Shown here piece after piece: positions 7,505-16,543 of a stretch of DNA of 64,000 bases; positions within the stretch are counted from its first letter, which is position 1; each line of letters opens with the position of its first letter. The translations under genes were made by a program, and so were the position numbers. The stretch spans positions 64,001 to 128,000 of the IMG/VR virus record IMGVR_UViG_3300014205_000177; one strand, written 5' to 3'. This stretch comes from a virus. Lineage: Duplodnaviria; Caudoviricetes. The notes under the pieces are model-generated. The model was not told where the DNA came from and did not search any database. It saw only the letters and a program-made list of their open reading frames with translations.

Positions 7505-9316
7505 TTATCCTTTTAGCTTAAATCCTTCGTTTACATCTTTTATAAAATCATTATAATCTTTTTCTTTTGAGATATCAAAAGCTGGAAACTTATAACCCTC
7601 AAAATTAAGTTTAAATTCTATTCTGTTAGCTATCTCAACTGTCATATCTGCCATTTCTGGAGTTATATAATTCCTAATCATTTGTTCTCTTGTTTTCATA
7701 AATAAACCAGCTGTTTCAAAACCTTCCATTTTACCACCAGTAGCTATTTTTAAAAGAATATTCTGTAACTTATGGTCTCCGTCATTCAAATAATGGCAGT
7801 CATTTGTTACTACACTTTTAACATTATATTTATTAGCTAAAGATATAAATTCAGGAACAATTTTATCATAATCTGGAAAATCAATACACATTACTTCATT
7901 ATAAAACCTGTCTCCAAAATTATCAACAAAAAACTTTATGTTTTCCTCTGCCTTTTTAGGGTCATAGCCTTCTTGGGAAAAATGAAAAGATACTGGACTT
8001 TTATAACATCCAGATAATATTATTAGACCTTCACCATATTTTTGTAAATTTTTTCTATCTGTTCTTGGTTTATAATAAAAACCCTCTCTATTTGCATTAG
8101 TTACAATTTGGCATACGTTTTTCCACCCCGTATCGTTCATTACAAGAATTATTATATGATAATTACTTCTTTGCTCTTTATCTGTAGCATCATCTACATA
8201 ATAAGCTTCTATTCCATGTATTGGCTTAATCCCATTTTTAATACATTCCTTTTGAAACTTATATAAACCAAACATATTGCCATGGTCTGTCAGTGCAAGG
8301 GCTTTAAAACCCATTTCTTTTGCTTTTTTTGCTAATTTATCAACATCAGCTACTCCATCTAACAAACTGTGTGAAGAGTGAACGTGAAGATGAACAAAAC
8401 TATCACTCGGAATAATTATTTTTTCCTCTGTTTTCTTTTCCTGCTTTTTAACCTCAATAACAGCATCTTTCCTAACTTCTTCTTTTTTCGGATATATTTC
8501 TTTAATATTTTTAAGTTTAAAAATAAAACTTCTAGGAAGGTATACATTGGAAGGAACAAATTCTCCACTAAACAAGTTCCCAATTTCCTGAGTAGAATAT
8601 CCAGCAAGTTTACATCCTATTTCACAGACGAGAAATCTATTTTCTGGATGAGAAACAGCATATTTTAAGAAATCTATAATTTCAGACTTGATTTCTTCTA
8701 GGGTTGATGAACGCTCTACAGCCCAATCCTTTTTTGTTACAATAGCATAAGACCTACCCTGTATTCCTCTTGGATTATTCCATTTAGCACCAAAAAACTG
8801 TCTTGCAAATAACGCCGCACCTTTGCCGTGTTTACCGCCAGCATTAGAACCAAAAACAAAAATATCATTATTCTGAGCCAATGAAGCAACTAAAAAATTT
8901 CTAGTTCTATTTTGTATTCCAGGAGAAATACTTTCTCTATTACCTGCAACATTAAGAACTTTTATATTGTTATTAATAAGCCATTCTAAAAACTGATTTT
9001 TTGATTTTACTAGTATATACGGTTTATTATATTTTTCACATACATTAATTGTATATCTAGTTCCAACAGATTTTTCATTAGTTGCAAATATTGCAGTACC
9101 ATCTGATTCTATAACATTTTTTAATGTTCTTTCTTTATAATCACCATCTATCTCTACCAAATTAAATCTATCTCTTAATTCTATACATTGACCATTCTCT
9201 GTTTTAAATTCACTAGGTGCAAAACCACCAACATCTAATCCAAGCAATTCTCCTGCTTCAAGACCTCCTCTGTCACCACCAGATTGACCACCAGAAATAA
9301 TTTTATCAATAATCAT
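7505..9316 (-). CDS. dnaE: Three-domain fusion: SLOG/MoCo-carrier-like (aa 1-~147) + A1S_2505-type macro-like (aa ~151-264) + DnaE PHP domain (aa ~306-603)
   Basis: KIISGGQSGGDRGGLEA...LNVAGNRES; IFVFGSN.GGKHGKGAA...SYAIVTK...IGCKLAGY; FVHLHVHSSHSLLDG, ALTDHGNMFG, KPIHGIEAY, FYYKPR, TNDCHY. Confidence 0.88.
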   Translation of the reverse strand: MIIDKIISGGQSGGDRGGLEAGELLGLDVGGFAPSEFKTENGQCIELRDRFNLVEIDGDYKERTLKNVIESDGTAIFATNEKSVGTRYTINVCEKYNKPYILVKSKNQFLEWLINNNIKVLNVAGNRESISPGIQNRTRNFLVASLAQNNDIFVFGSNAGGKHGKGAALFARQFFGAKWNNPRGIQGRSYAIVTKKDWAVERSSTLEEIKSEIIDFLKYAVSHPENRFLVCEIGCKLAGYSTQEIGNLFSGEFVPSNVYLPRSFIFKLKNIKEIYPKKEEVRKDAVIEVKKQEKKTEEKIIIPSDSFVHLHVHSSHSLLDGVADVDKLAKKAKEMGFKALALTDHGNMFGLYKFQKECIKNGIKPIHGIEAYYVDDATDKEQRSNYHIIILVMNDTGWKNVCQIVTNANREGFYYKPRTDRKNLQKYGEGLIILSGCYKSPVSFHFSQEGYDPKKAEENIKFFVDNFGDRFYNEVMCIDFPDYDKIVPEFISLANKYNVKSVVTNDCHYLNDGDHKLQNILLKIATGGKMEGFETAGLFMKTREQMIRNYITPEMADMTVEIANRIEFKLNFEGYKFPAFDISKEKDYNDFIKDVNEGFKLKG

Positions 9317-9341
9317 TTAATACCCCATTATTATTTATAGT

Positions 9342-9369
9342 AAAATAGCATGTTTTGAACAAAAGTCAA
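9342..9369 (-). promoter_or_regulatory. Sigma70-like promoter for the SLOG-macro-PHP operon
   Basis: Minus strand TTGACT, 16-nt spacer ending TGC (extended -10), TATTTT; intergenic, upstream of a GGGGT SD. Confidence 0.55.
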
Positions 9370-9370
9370 G

Positions 9371-9754
9371 TTAAGAAGAAATATTTTTATAAGAACATAC
9401 ATGACATCTTAGGTTTAAAACTTTTTCTGTTTGTAAATGTAACATAGTATTTTTTACTGCATCTATTAAATTTGCAGAATCAAGACATTTTTTACATTGC
9501 AAAATACTTTCTTTCCTAATTTCTTTTAATTCTGAAATTGGTATTTTAAACATTTCATCTTCTGGAACATAAGATATACCTGAATTTATAGCATTTTTTA
9601 ATAAATTTTCAGCGTTAACTAAATCTTTTTCATAATCTATAAATAATGTTTCTGAACCTTTATTTTTAGAAGTATTAGCAGATAGAAAAAAGCTACTTCT
9701 AAGAGCCAAAAGTTCTTGACTTATTGCATAAAGAACTTCATATTGAGGAGACAT
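9371..9754 (-). CDS. Hypothetical helical protein with CxxC motifs
   Basis: ORF coupled to the upstream gene; CKKC and CHVC. Confidence 0.7.
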   Translation of the reverse strand: MSPQYEVLYAISQELLALRSSFFLSANTSKNKGSETLFIDYEKDLVNAENLLKNAINSGISYVPEDEMFKIPISELKEIRKESILQCKKCLDSANLIDAVKNTMLHLQTEKVLNLRCHVCSYKNISS

Positions 9755-10316
9755 TTAAAGTATTCCTTTCAAACGGTAAGCGTGTTTCACCTTCAGAAAG
9801 ATTGTATATTTTAAAATCTTTTTCTTCAGAAAGTTTTTTAACCAAGTTTAATTCTCTAATTAACCATTCATCTCCCATTCTTAGTGGGTCTGCTGTACCT
9901 TCCCCATAAAAATGATTAGTATCTTTATTATACATTAAATCACACCCTATAATATAAATGTTAAACATTACACCATGGATATAACATAAATTGATTATAT
10001 GATAAATAGAATTTAATAACATAGTACCTGAACCATCTTCGCATTTATACCAATACGGTTTATTTAAAAAAGAAGTAGTAATTCCTCCCCTAAGACATCT
10101 TAAACTTTGTCTAAAATCATCATGACTTGGAAGAACCTTCCCTGTACAAAAAAAATCGTTAGGAATAAGCCAATAATCTGTTCTTTCTTTAGTTAATGAC
10201 CAAGAATTATTCATTGCACAAACATATATGTTTTTATCAATATTTTTACTATTATTATTCCACCAATCTTTAATGTATGGAGCAGAACCAACTATTAAAA
10301 AATTTTTCATAAACAC
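9738..10316 (-). CDS. Maf/CstII/GT29-like (sialyltransferase-type fold) putative glycosyltransferase
   Basis: LIVGSAP, CAMNNSW..DYW...D, SGTM, IYIIGCD...HFYG pattern. Confidence 0.6.
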   Translation of the reverse strand: MFMKNFLIVGSAPYIKDWWNNNSKNIDKNIYVCAMNNSWSLTKERTDYWLIPNDFFCTGKVLPSHDDFRQSLRCLRGGITTSFLNKPYWYKCEDGSGTMLLNSIYHIINLCYIHGVMFNIYIIGCDLMYNKDTNHFYGEGTADPLRMGDEWLIRELNLVKKLSEEKDFKIYNLSEGETRLPFERNTLNVSSI

Positions 10317-10331
10317 CCCCTTATAATTATA

Positions 10332-10910
10332 TTAAACTGCTTTAGATTCCATTATCACAGTAAAATGTTCTTCTTTTATTTTTTCCCATGATTTTTGTTC
10401 TTCTTCTTTTGAAAGAAATCTAAAATATTTATCAACTGGAACTAATACAGGACCGGCTCCATAGTCAAGATATGACCTTGAACTAAGATATAGAAATTTA
10501 GTCATTTTAGATAAGCTCTTTAAATATTCTTCTAAAACGTCTACTGGTATATGTTGAAAAACTAATGAAGCAACTACTATATCAAACTTTCTTTGTTTTA
10601 AATCATCCCATTGATTAACAGTAAAAAGTTCTAAATTTTTTGTTTCAGAATATCTTTTATCTTTTTTTAATAATTCTATCATATTGGGAAAATCATAACC
10701 TACTACATTGTTTGCTATATTTGTAAGCGCAAAAGTATTTCTACCCATCCCACAACCAAAATCAAGAACATTTTTATGTTCAACAGTAGAAACTAACTTT
10801 AACATTTCGGTTGAAGCAATTAAATCTTCCCGTGTCTTAGCTACACTAATAATTAAGTGTGGAGCAGTTTCTTCGTTAGCTTTTCCCCAATCGTTTTTAT
10901 AAATTCTCAT
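10332..10910 (-). CDS. Class I SAM-dependent methyltransferase
   Basis: VLDFGCGMGR, VVGYD, FDIVVASLVFQHI. Confidence 0.9.
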   Translation of the reverse strand: MRIYKNDWGKANEETAPHLIISVAKTREDLIASTEMLKLVSTVEHKNVLDFGCGMGRNTFALTNIANNVVGYDFPNMIELLKKDKRYSETKNLELFTVNQWDDLKQRKFDIVVASLVFQHIPVDVLEEYLKSLSKMTKFLYLSSRSYLDYGAGPVLVPVDKYFRFLSKEEEQKSWEKIKEEHFTVIMESKAV

Positions 10911-11526
10911 TTTTATTTCCTTTTATTGCTACAAAAAATATTGCATTTCCTCTTGAAAACATTACCATTTCAGTATGCGTAAGTTTATATCCTATGCCAT
11001 TAAATAGTTCTTCTAAGTCTTTAACTTCAAACTCCCTATAGTGCCACTTGTCAACATGCTGTGCTGACTTTTCAGGAACAGTGCCAATGATAAGACGAGG
11101 GTTTAATAATTTAATATTCTGCATTACAACTTCAGGATTAGGAAAGTGCTCAAGTATTTCACAGGCAACTACAACAGTTTTAGTATTATATATGTTTGGC
11201 TCAAAGCAGTCTTCTTTTCCTATGTCTACAATAAAAAATCCTATATCTGATACACGATTATCTTGTGCAAACTCTATTGTTTCTATGGAATCATCTATTC
11301 CAACTACAGCACAACCGCAAAGTTCATATAGTAATTCACTTCCAAATCCAGAACCGCATCCAATATCATAAACTCTATCATCTTTATTTATATACTTAGC
11401 CGCCATCCTATAACGTGTAGATGGTAATCCTAAGAATTCATCCTTTTTTATAATTCTTTCACCCGAAGTGAATGACTTACTTCTATTTCTATTTTCTTCG
11501 TTCATTTTCCTCCTAACATATCTCAT
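10897..11526 (-). CDS. Class I SAM-dependent methyltransferase
   Basis: RY..A, VYDIGCGSGFG, VVGIDDS, ACEILEH, GTVP, WHYREF. Confidence 0.9.
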   Translation of the reverse strand: MRYVRRKMNEENRNRSKSFTSGERIIKKDEFLGLPSTRYRMAAKYINKDDRVYDIGCGSGFGSELLYELCGCAVVGIDDSIETIEFAQDNRVSDIGFFIVDIGKEDCFEPNIYNTKTVVVACEILEHFPNPEVVMQNIKLLNPRLIIGTVPEKSAQHVDKWHYREFEVKDLEELFNGIGYKLTHTEMVMFSRGNAIFFVAIKGNKNENL

Positions 11527-12628
11527 TTATTATTTTTGTCATTTTTTCACATGCTATTTTCCAAGTCCATTTATTAATCATGTCTCTTCTTGCATTAATT
11601 CCTTTCATGTTCTTATCTGACCTATTATTATAAACAAATCTCATAGTTTCAATTAAATGGTCTTTATCTATCTCTGCCCAATTTTGACCAGCATAATGAG
11701 GAAATTTAGCACATTGTTCATCTGAAACTGGAACTATTTTACAATCCACTAAGTACCCATTATCTTTATTTATAAATTCAGTATGTGAACTCCAGTTTGT
11801 TGCTATACATGGTACTCCACACCCCATGCTTTCACTAAAACATAGCCCCCATCCTTCTCCTCTTGTAGGAGAAACATAACAGTCTATACTGTTATAAAAT
11901 CCAGCCATATCATCGGCATTAATCATTTGCGGCATCAACATTATTTCTGAATCTTTATTTCCAACAAAATTACGTATTTCTTTTATTTTTTCTTTAACTG
12001 TTTCTGTAAATTTATTTGAATATTCATAATGAGCATATATTTTTAACAATAAAGAAACATCTTTTCTACCTTTAAAAGCCCTAAGATAACATTCAATTAA
12101 AGCATTTGGATTTTTTCTTGGAGTCCAATCAAAATTAGAACCAAAAACAAATTTATTTGGTATTTTTTTTATTAATGGTTTTTTTTCAGGGCTAAACCTA
12201 TCAGTGTCAACTCCGTGAGGAATTACAAAAATAGGGTTTCTTATTCCTGAATTATAAAACGTATTTTTATTAAATTCACTATATGTAAAAACATAATCCA
12301 TAGCCCTTATTGGCATTACCCATGATTTTGGGATGCCATCTGTTTCAAAAGTTGTCATACAAGAATGGAAGCTCTTACCTTTATTAATTATTTGATAATT
12401 TTCTGGTGTTACATTAAAAATTACAATATCAAAATCTTCACTATCCTTATTCATTAATGGATTCAATTTATTAAAAAATTCTTTACCTAAACCAACAGTA
12501 CCACCCTTATAAAATTTTAAAGATTTTAATTGTAGATTAACACCATTCATATTATATACATAATTTCTTGATGCTTCACCATATCCGCTTGGGTCGTGAA
12601 AAGACCCTACCCATAATACGTTTTTCAT
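11513..12628 (-). CDS. GT-B glycosyltransferase (family 4-like)
   Basis: SGYGEASR, IPHGVD, RKN, YVSPTRGEGWGL..SESMGCGVPCIAT. Confidence 0.92.
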   Translation of the reverse strand: MKNVLWVGSFHDPSGYGEASRNYVYNMNGVNLQLKSLKFYKGGTVGLGKEFFNKLNPLMNKDSEDFDIVIFNVTPENYQIINKGKSFHSCMTTFETDGIPKSWVMPIRAMDYVFTYSEFNKNTFYNSGIRNPIFVIPHGVDTDRFSPEKKPLIKKIPNKFVFGSNFDWTPRKNPNALIECYLRAFKGRKDVSLLLKIYAHYEYSNKFTETVKEKIKEIRNFVGNKDSEIMLMPQMINADDMAGFYNSIDCYVSPTRGEGWGLCFSESMGCGVPCIATNWSSHTEFINKDNGYLVDCKIVPVSDEQCAKFPHYAGQNWAEIDKDHLIETMRFVYNNRSDKNMKGINARRDMINKWTWKIACEKMTKIINEIC

Positions 12629-13989
12629 GCTTTCACCAATTCAATCTTTTCTTCATTTTTGTTTTTATTAATCATACGAGATATTAAAACATCCCACTGT
12701 GGGATAATTTTATCCCAAGAATATTTTTCTATTTGCATTCTACCGGCAATACTTAACATTTTTCTTGCTTTATCACCTGTTATTTCTGGCTTTTTAGATT
12801 CTGGATAAGCTTGTTTTAAATAACTACCCCATTTTTCATAAAATACACTATTATCATTATAATATAATTTATCTAATCTCATAGCATAATCATAAACATC
12901 AACAATGGCTCTTTCTATATTAGAATTTGTTTCTGTAAAATAATCTGAAACACTAATTAATTCTGAACATGGAGCACAAAAGTCAATATGACCTGAATAA
13001 TTAGTGACAACGGTAGGAGTTCCACAAGCCATAGCTTCTGCAATAGGGAGACCAAATCCTTCTCCAGTTGTTGGGAGTGTAAATATATCGAACAGGTTAT
13101 AGAGTTCGCACAATGTTTCTGAAGTTACACCTGCACCTACGTTCATTTTTGGTGGAATTATTACATTACCGAATAACTTGTAAGTATTTATTAGTTCTGG
13201 TATATTCCAACCAAAGTCTTCTCCTCCAGGAGTATGAAGGTAAAGGCGAGCTTCTTTTTTACCATCACGAACTTCAATTTTTTCGCTACCACAAAATTCA
13301 CATTTTTTTTCAGAAAATGACATTTCTCCACATTCACAACAAATACAATAAGGTCTACAAAACAAAGAAAAAGCTTGCATTAATTTAGGGATATTTTTTC
13401 TTGGTTGATTTCTACATACAGTCCCGATTACAAACAAATCTTTAGACTTGTATTTTATACGTAGTGATTCTTTATTACAAATAGGTTTAAATATATCTAT
13501 ATCAACACCATGTGGTATTGCAACTATTTTATTAAGATTTATCCCTAATTTTATAATTTCATTAAACCCAAAATTACCATATGCAACAACCATATCAATG
13601 TTTTCAAGTAAATTTTTCCATCTTATTGAAAATGGAACACCATCAACAGGGACATACGATATTAATTTATAACTATTTCTATAAGGGCTCTTTATCATTG
13701 ACTCTATCATCCATATATCTCCAACTGTCAATACTATTTCTGGCTTATAAACAGATACAACTTCATTAAACGTTATACCAGAATACATATCATCTTTAGT
13801 TGCTTTTGTAGATATAATTTCATAAGGAACCATTTCTTGGTTTTTTTGTCCATGCCAATTAAACCACCCTATTGTCTTTATTTCATACTTTTCCATATTA
13901 AAAAGACCAATAGCCATTTCTTTAACAACTCTTCCGAATCCTGTATGAATCAAACTTGAATCACCTACAATTAATATTTTTGGTTTCAT
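12625..13989 (-). CDS. GT-B glycosyltransferase (family 4-like) with a Zn-ribbon insertion
   Basis: TGFGRV, IPHGVD, RNQPRKN, LPTTGEGFGLPIAEAMACG; insert CCECG...CEFCGS. Confidence 0.92.
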   Translation of the reverse strand: MKPKILIVGDSSLIHTGFGRVVKEMAIGLFNMEKYEIKTIGWFNWHGQKNQEMVPYEIISTKATKDDMYSGITFNEVVSVYKPEIVLTVGDIWMIESMIKSPYRNSYKLISYVPVDGVPFSIRWKNLLENIDMVVAYGNFGFNEIIKLGINLNKIVAIPHGVDIDIFKPICNKESLRIKYKSKDLFVIGTVCRNQPRKNIPKLMQAFSLFCRPYCICCECGEMSFSEKKCEFCGSEKIEVRDGKKEARLYLHTPGGEDFGWNIPELINTYKLFGNVIIPPKMNVGAGVTSETLCELYNLFDIFTLPTTGEGFGLPIAEAMACGTPTVVTNYSGHIDFCAPCSELISVSDYFTETNSNIERAIVDVYDYAMRLDKLYYNDNSVFYEKWGSYLKQAYPESKKPEITGDKARKMLSIAGRMQIEKYSWDKIIPQWDVLISRMINKNKNEEKIELVKA

Positions 13990-15152
13990 TATTTCCCCTT
14001 TTTTATTATTGGATATGGATTACCATCTTCCTCTATGGTTATTTCTTCAAAGTCTTTCATTGCAACTTTATTTTTAGATATTATTTTTTCAATATCTCCA
14101 ACTCTTATCATTGACAAGGCTTCTTCAATAAGATTGTGTTTTAAGATAAGTTCTTTACCTGCATTTTTAGAGATAAGCCTAGTATTTTTTCTTGATGTTA
14201 ATTTTGCCACTTTACCATCTTCTGTTTTAATTTCTCTATCGCTATGACTATTAATCAAATCAACTACCCATGAACTTAAATTTTTCTTTTCTTTATCAAT
14301 ACATGTTGCTATAGTAGACATAGAATCATAAATTCTTATTATTTCAGATGGAGATAAATCTTTTACCTCGTCAATTGTTTTCACCTTTGTATTAATTACT
14401 CCAACAGCAGAACCAATCATGGCTACAATAGTTATAAAATTAGCATATTCATAACATGTAGAACGGCACTCACAATTCCAACAAAATGAATTTAATACTG
14501 GTTTTGGATTATTATTTTTTAATATCGAATGAAATAAATGGTCAAAATATTCTAAATACTCAGGGATATCAGCCCTATAAACATATATATTTTTTTGCCT
14601 ATTTAAACGTAAATATTTATAATTAAATATCACCGTATCAAAATTATCATACTTTGGGTTAGTAAAAAAATATGCTGAATATAACTTTGTTTGATGGGAG
14701 TTTTCAAGTTCTTCTGAAGTGGGCATAAAAGCACCTGTTTTATAATCTACTATTCTTAAAGTATGATTATCTATAAAATCTACTCTATCAATGAACCCCC
14801 TTGCTGAAGCTCCTGATTCAAGATATAATTTAAACCCTATTTCTGTCCCTATAACATCTAAAGAATCTCTAGGTTCTAGAGAAACTTGATTAAAAAACAT
14901 TTCTTTAGCATCTTTAAAATATTGTTGGTTAGCACATTCGTTTTCTTTAGAAGCCTTTAAAAAACACTCTTCTGGTGTTTCTTTATTACCAACCTTATAA
15001 TATAACTCTAATGAATTATGTGTTAATAATCCAGAATCTATTTGAGGGGTTGAACCACCTCTATCTGAACTCAATTCATATCTATTATAATATCTATAAG
15101 AACATTGTTCATACAAAGTTCCACCTGAAGCACTTAAAAATTCACATTTCAT
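13989..15152 (-). CDS. PD-(D/E)XK nuclease (RecB/AddB/Cas4-like, probable Fe-S cluster)
   Basis: SASG..YEQC, GFIDRVD, IVDYKTG, Q...Y, C-terminal CWNC..RSTC. Confidence 0.88.
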   Translation of the reverse strand: MKCEFLSASGGTLYEQCSYRYYNRYELSSDRGGSTPQIDSGLLTHNSLELYYKVGNKETPEECFLKASKENECANQQYFKDAKEMFFNQVSLEPRDSLDVIGTEIGFKLYLESGASARGFIDRVDFIDNHTLRIVDYKTGAFMPTSEELENSHQTKLYSAYFFTNPKYDNFDTVIFNYKYLRLNRQKNIYVYRADIPEYLEYFDHLFHSILKNNNPKPVLNSFCWNCECRSTCYEYANFITIVAMIGSAVGVINTKVKTIDEVKDLSPSEIIRIYDSMSTIATCIDKEKKNLSSWVVDLINSHSDREIKTEDGKVAKLTSRKNTRLISKNAGKELILKHNLIEEALSMIRVGDIEKIISKNKVAMKDFEEITIEEDGNPYPIIKKGK

Positions 15153-15805
15153 TACATTCTCCTTAATCCACTAATAGTTATATTAATTAATTCAAAAAGT
15201 AATTTATTATCAATTTTTTTTATATTAGTTTTTGTTATTTTGTTTTTTTTGCGTAATTTAGGTGAAATAAGAGAATATTTTTGATTTTCATTTAAAGAAG
15301 ATATATCAACTCCCATTATTGATTTAATAGATTTAGCCAACATATAAGAGTCTGCTATATTATCATCAATAAATCTTTTTCCTGTTAATTCCTGAACCTT
15401 TAGTAAATAACTAGTATCTTTTTTTACAGAACCATCTCCAAAAATCATTAATTTCCATGTTGACGGAGGTATTATATACATATATATGTTTCTATCAGAC
15501 CATATACTATTTTTATTACAATAAAACAACATGTCTATTACACCTCCCAATTCACCCAATTCAAATATAGAATTTGTATCTAAAAGACTACCATAGGAAT
15601 AACCTTCTCTTACAACTATAATCTCTTCCCCTTGAGACGTATGTTCTTCAACCACATTAGCAAGAAATTTACATATATAATCGAGTCTTTCTATTCCTCT
15701 AAGCTCTGCGGTTTTGATTACGTTAGAATAGAAAATCTCTTCTTCTTTCAAAACAGAAACTCCTGTGCTAGTAAGAGATTGGTCAATTCCTATGATAGTT
15801 TCCAT
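15152..15805 (-). CDS. RuvC-like Holliday junction resolvase
   Basis: IIGIDQSLTSTG, VVREGY, ELGELGG, PPSTWK, DDNIADS. Confidence 0.85.
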   Translation of the reverse strand: METIIGIDQSLTSTGVSVLKEEEIFYSNVIKTAELRGIERLDYICKFLANVVEEHTSQGEEIIVVREGYSYGSLLDTNSIFELGELGGVIDMLFYCNKNSIWSDRNIYMYIIPPSTWKLMIFGDGSVKKDTSYLLKVQELTGKRFIDDNIADSYMLAKSIKSIMGVDISSLNENQKYSLISPKLRKKNKITKTNIKKIDNKLLFELINITISGLRRM

Positions 15806-15843
15806 ATTATACTCCTTTTATATTGTTTTAAAACAACTCTTCC

Positions 15844-16506
15844 TTAAAAAGGAATATCATCACCGAATTCTTCTTCAGCATTAAAATCTCTATTATCAAT
15901 TTCACCTTTAGTCATTCTTGTATCTTGACGAGGACCTCTTTCGTAATCTACACTGGGGATTTGTTGTTCTCTTGAATCATTTCTGCTTTGATATTGTCTG
16001 TTTTGATAACCAGGTCTACGTCCAGAATCATCTCTTACAGTTTCAGTTCTTTGTCTTTCAATAGGTATATCTCCATTTCTTTCATTAAAATTTCCTCTAT
16101 CATCTCTACGCTTATTATCACTTCCTCCTCCAGATTGACGTGCATTTTCAATAGAAGTTGCTACTAACTCTACTTCACTGAATCCTGTTTTTTCGTTTCT
16201 TCTTGTTACAAGATAACCTTTAATTTTAACCAACATATGAGCTCTCATAAAATCAGCAGTTGAATCAGCCAATTCATTCCACCCACTTACTCTGAAAAAC
16301 GTAGCATTTTCTCCGTTTTTTACTAATACTGAGAATGTTATCTTTCTATTCCCAGTGTTAAATTCTTTGTATTCAAAACCTTCATTGTTATTTTTGTTTT
16401 TAGTTACAACACCTTGAATCCAAAAACGATTTATAAAATCATTTTTACCGTTTTGCTCACTTCCATTACCTCTTTGCTCTTGTTGAGTTCTTTGTTCTCT
16501 TTGCAT
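15844..16506 (-). CDS. ssb: Single-stranded DNA-binding protein
   Basis: OB-fold (IN..WIQG, FFRVSGW..LA, VKIKGYL), long disordered linker, C-terminal DDIPF. Confidence 0.9.
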   Translation of the reverse strand: MQREQRTQQEQRGNGSEQNGKNDFINRFWIQGVVTKNKNNNEGFEYKEFNTGNRKITFSVLVKNGENATFFRVSGWNELADSTADFMRAHMLVKIKGYLVTRRNEKTGFSEVELVATSIENARQSGGGSDNKRRDDRGNFNERNGDIPIERQRTETVRDDSGRRPGYQNRQYQSRNDSREQQIPSVDYERGPRQDTRMTKGEIDNRDFNAEEEFGDDIPF

Positions 16507-16543
16507 TTTTAGTCTCCGTTGTTATTATTTTATTAACTTCTAT

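Noticed and set aside
3800-7600. Split intein or intron joining the dnaE halves
   Set aside because: No Cys-initiated IntN at the PHP end and no His-Asn/Cys at the start of the catalytic half; the gap is filled with ordinary genes. The only intein is in the helicase
8416-8607. Alternative-frame minus ORF inside the fusion gene (also 55046..55255 in the TMP)
   Set aside because: Fully nested, non-ATG or weak start, no motif; no frameshift is needed because the main frame is open
10332-11526. DNA methyltransferases of a restriction-modification system
   Set aside because: No DPPY/NPPY or PC catalytic motifs; short small-molecule-type enzymes
13989-15152. Cas4 / CRISPR-Cas system
   Set aside because: No repeat-spacer array or other cas genes seen; the context is recombination
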